From: Callorhinchus milii
Lineage: Eukaryota
DNA: 64,000 nt
Reading direction: 5' to 3'
NCBI RefSeq assembly: GCF_018977255.1
Contig: NW_024704742.1
Coordinates: forward strand, 106,828,001-106,892,000
Shown: positions 63,627-64,000 of the stretch, in pieces
Numbering within the stretch: position 1 is the first letter of the stretch
Layout: each line of letters opens with the position of its first letter
Notes under the pieces: model-generated
What the model was told of the DNA's origin: nothing
Seen by the model: the letters and a program-made list of their open reading frames with translations, nothing else
The model's database searches: none
Position numbers and translations under genes: made by a program

Positions 63627-63780
63627 TCTATACTAATAAAGACAAAATGTCTGTCTGTGTGTCTGCCAATAACGCAATAACCGATTGACGTAGAGACATG
63701 ATTTATACCTCATCGGAAAGGTCTTGCATGAGGGAGTGTCATGGACATATTGTCGATGTGCTATAACTAATCAAGCTCAT
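63627..63780 (+). mobile_element. Putative Helitron-type 5' end
   Basis: A|TCTATACTAATAAAG start followed by a tgtctgtctgtgtgtctg microsatellite and aaccgatt, the layout of Lep1-type non-autonomous Helitrons as I recall it. Confidence 0.45.
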
Positions 63781-63804
63781 CACATATGTATGGCAGTTTT
63801 GCTT

Positions 63805-64000
63805 AAGGTTTGACTACACCAACACCCTGTTTGTCAGCCTTCCCAATTCTTCCTTCCACAAGCTGCAGATTATTCATAACTCTGCAGCTTGTGTCTTCTC
63901 CCACACCAGGCTCTGTGATCCCATCACCCCTACCCTCGCCTGGCTTCACTGGCTCCCCATCCCTCAGAGGACTGAGTTCAAAATTCTTGTCGTCACCTTC
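63805..64000 (+). mobile_element. L2 LINE fragment running off the window edge
   Basis: cttcactggctccccatccctcagaggactgagttcaaaattc (LHWLPIPQR.EFKIL). Confidence 0.85.

Noticed and set aside
58746..64000. PAM promoter or first non-coding exon
   Set aside because: No convincing CpG-island promoter with a minus-strand donor; the only CpG-rich patch has transposon-like ends.

Overview
Vertebrate (eukaryotic) genomic DNA. The repeat content (L2 and CR1 LINEs, tRNA-derived and Deu-domain SINEs, Penelope-type remnants) points to a cartilaginous fish, possibly a holocephalan such as Callorhinchus; this is inference. The window lies inside one minus-strand gene, PAM (peptidylglycine alpha-amidating monooxygenase). 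Eleven coding exons (58293-58384 down to 2055-2158) splice at GT-AG sites with consistent phases into 908 nt / 302 codons. They encode the signal peptide, pro-peptide and most of the copper-dependent PHM domain, including the HH, QVHY and HTH copper-ligand motifs. The next exon (with the CuM Met ligand), the PAL domain and the promoter/first exon were not found in the window. The rest is intron filled with retroelements, and almost all ORF-track entries are repeat fragments or chance ORFs. I found no clear-cut new biological system. The best leads are: a phase-compatible 44-nt partial duplicate of the last PHM exon in the window, a minimal hammerhead-ribozyme-like motif in PAM sense orientation, a CpG-rich Helitron-like element, inverted L2/SINE pairs around an in-frame two-exon block, a uATG-rich 5'UTR, and a recurring pattern of short local duplications.
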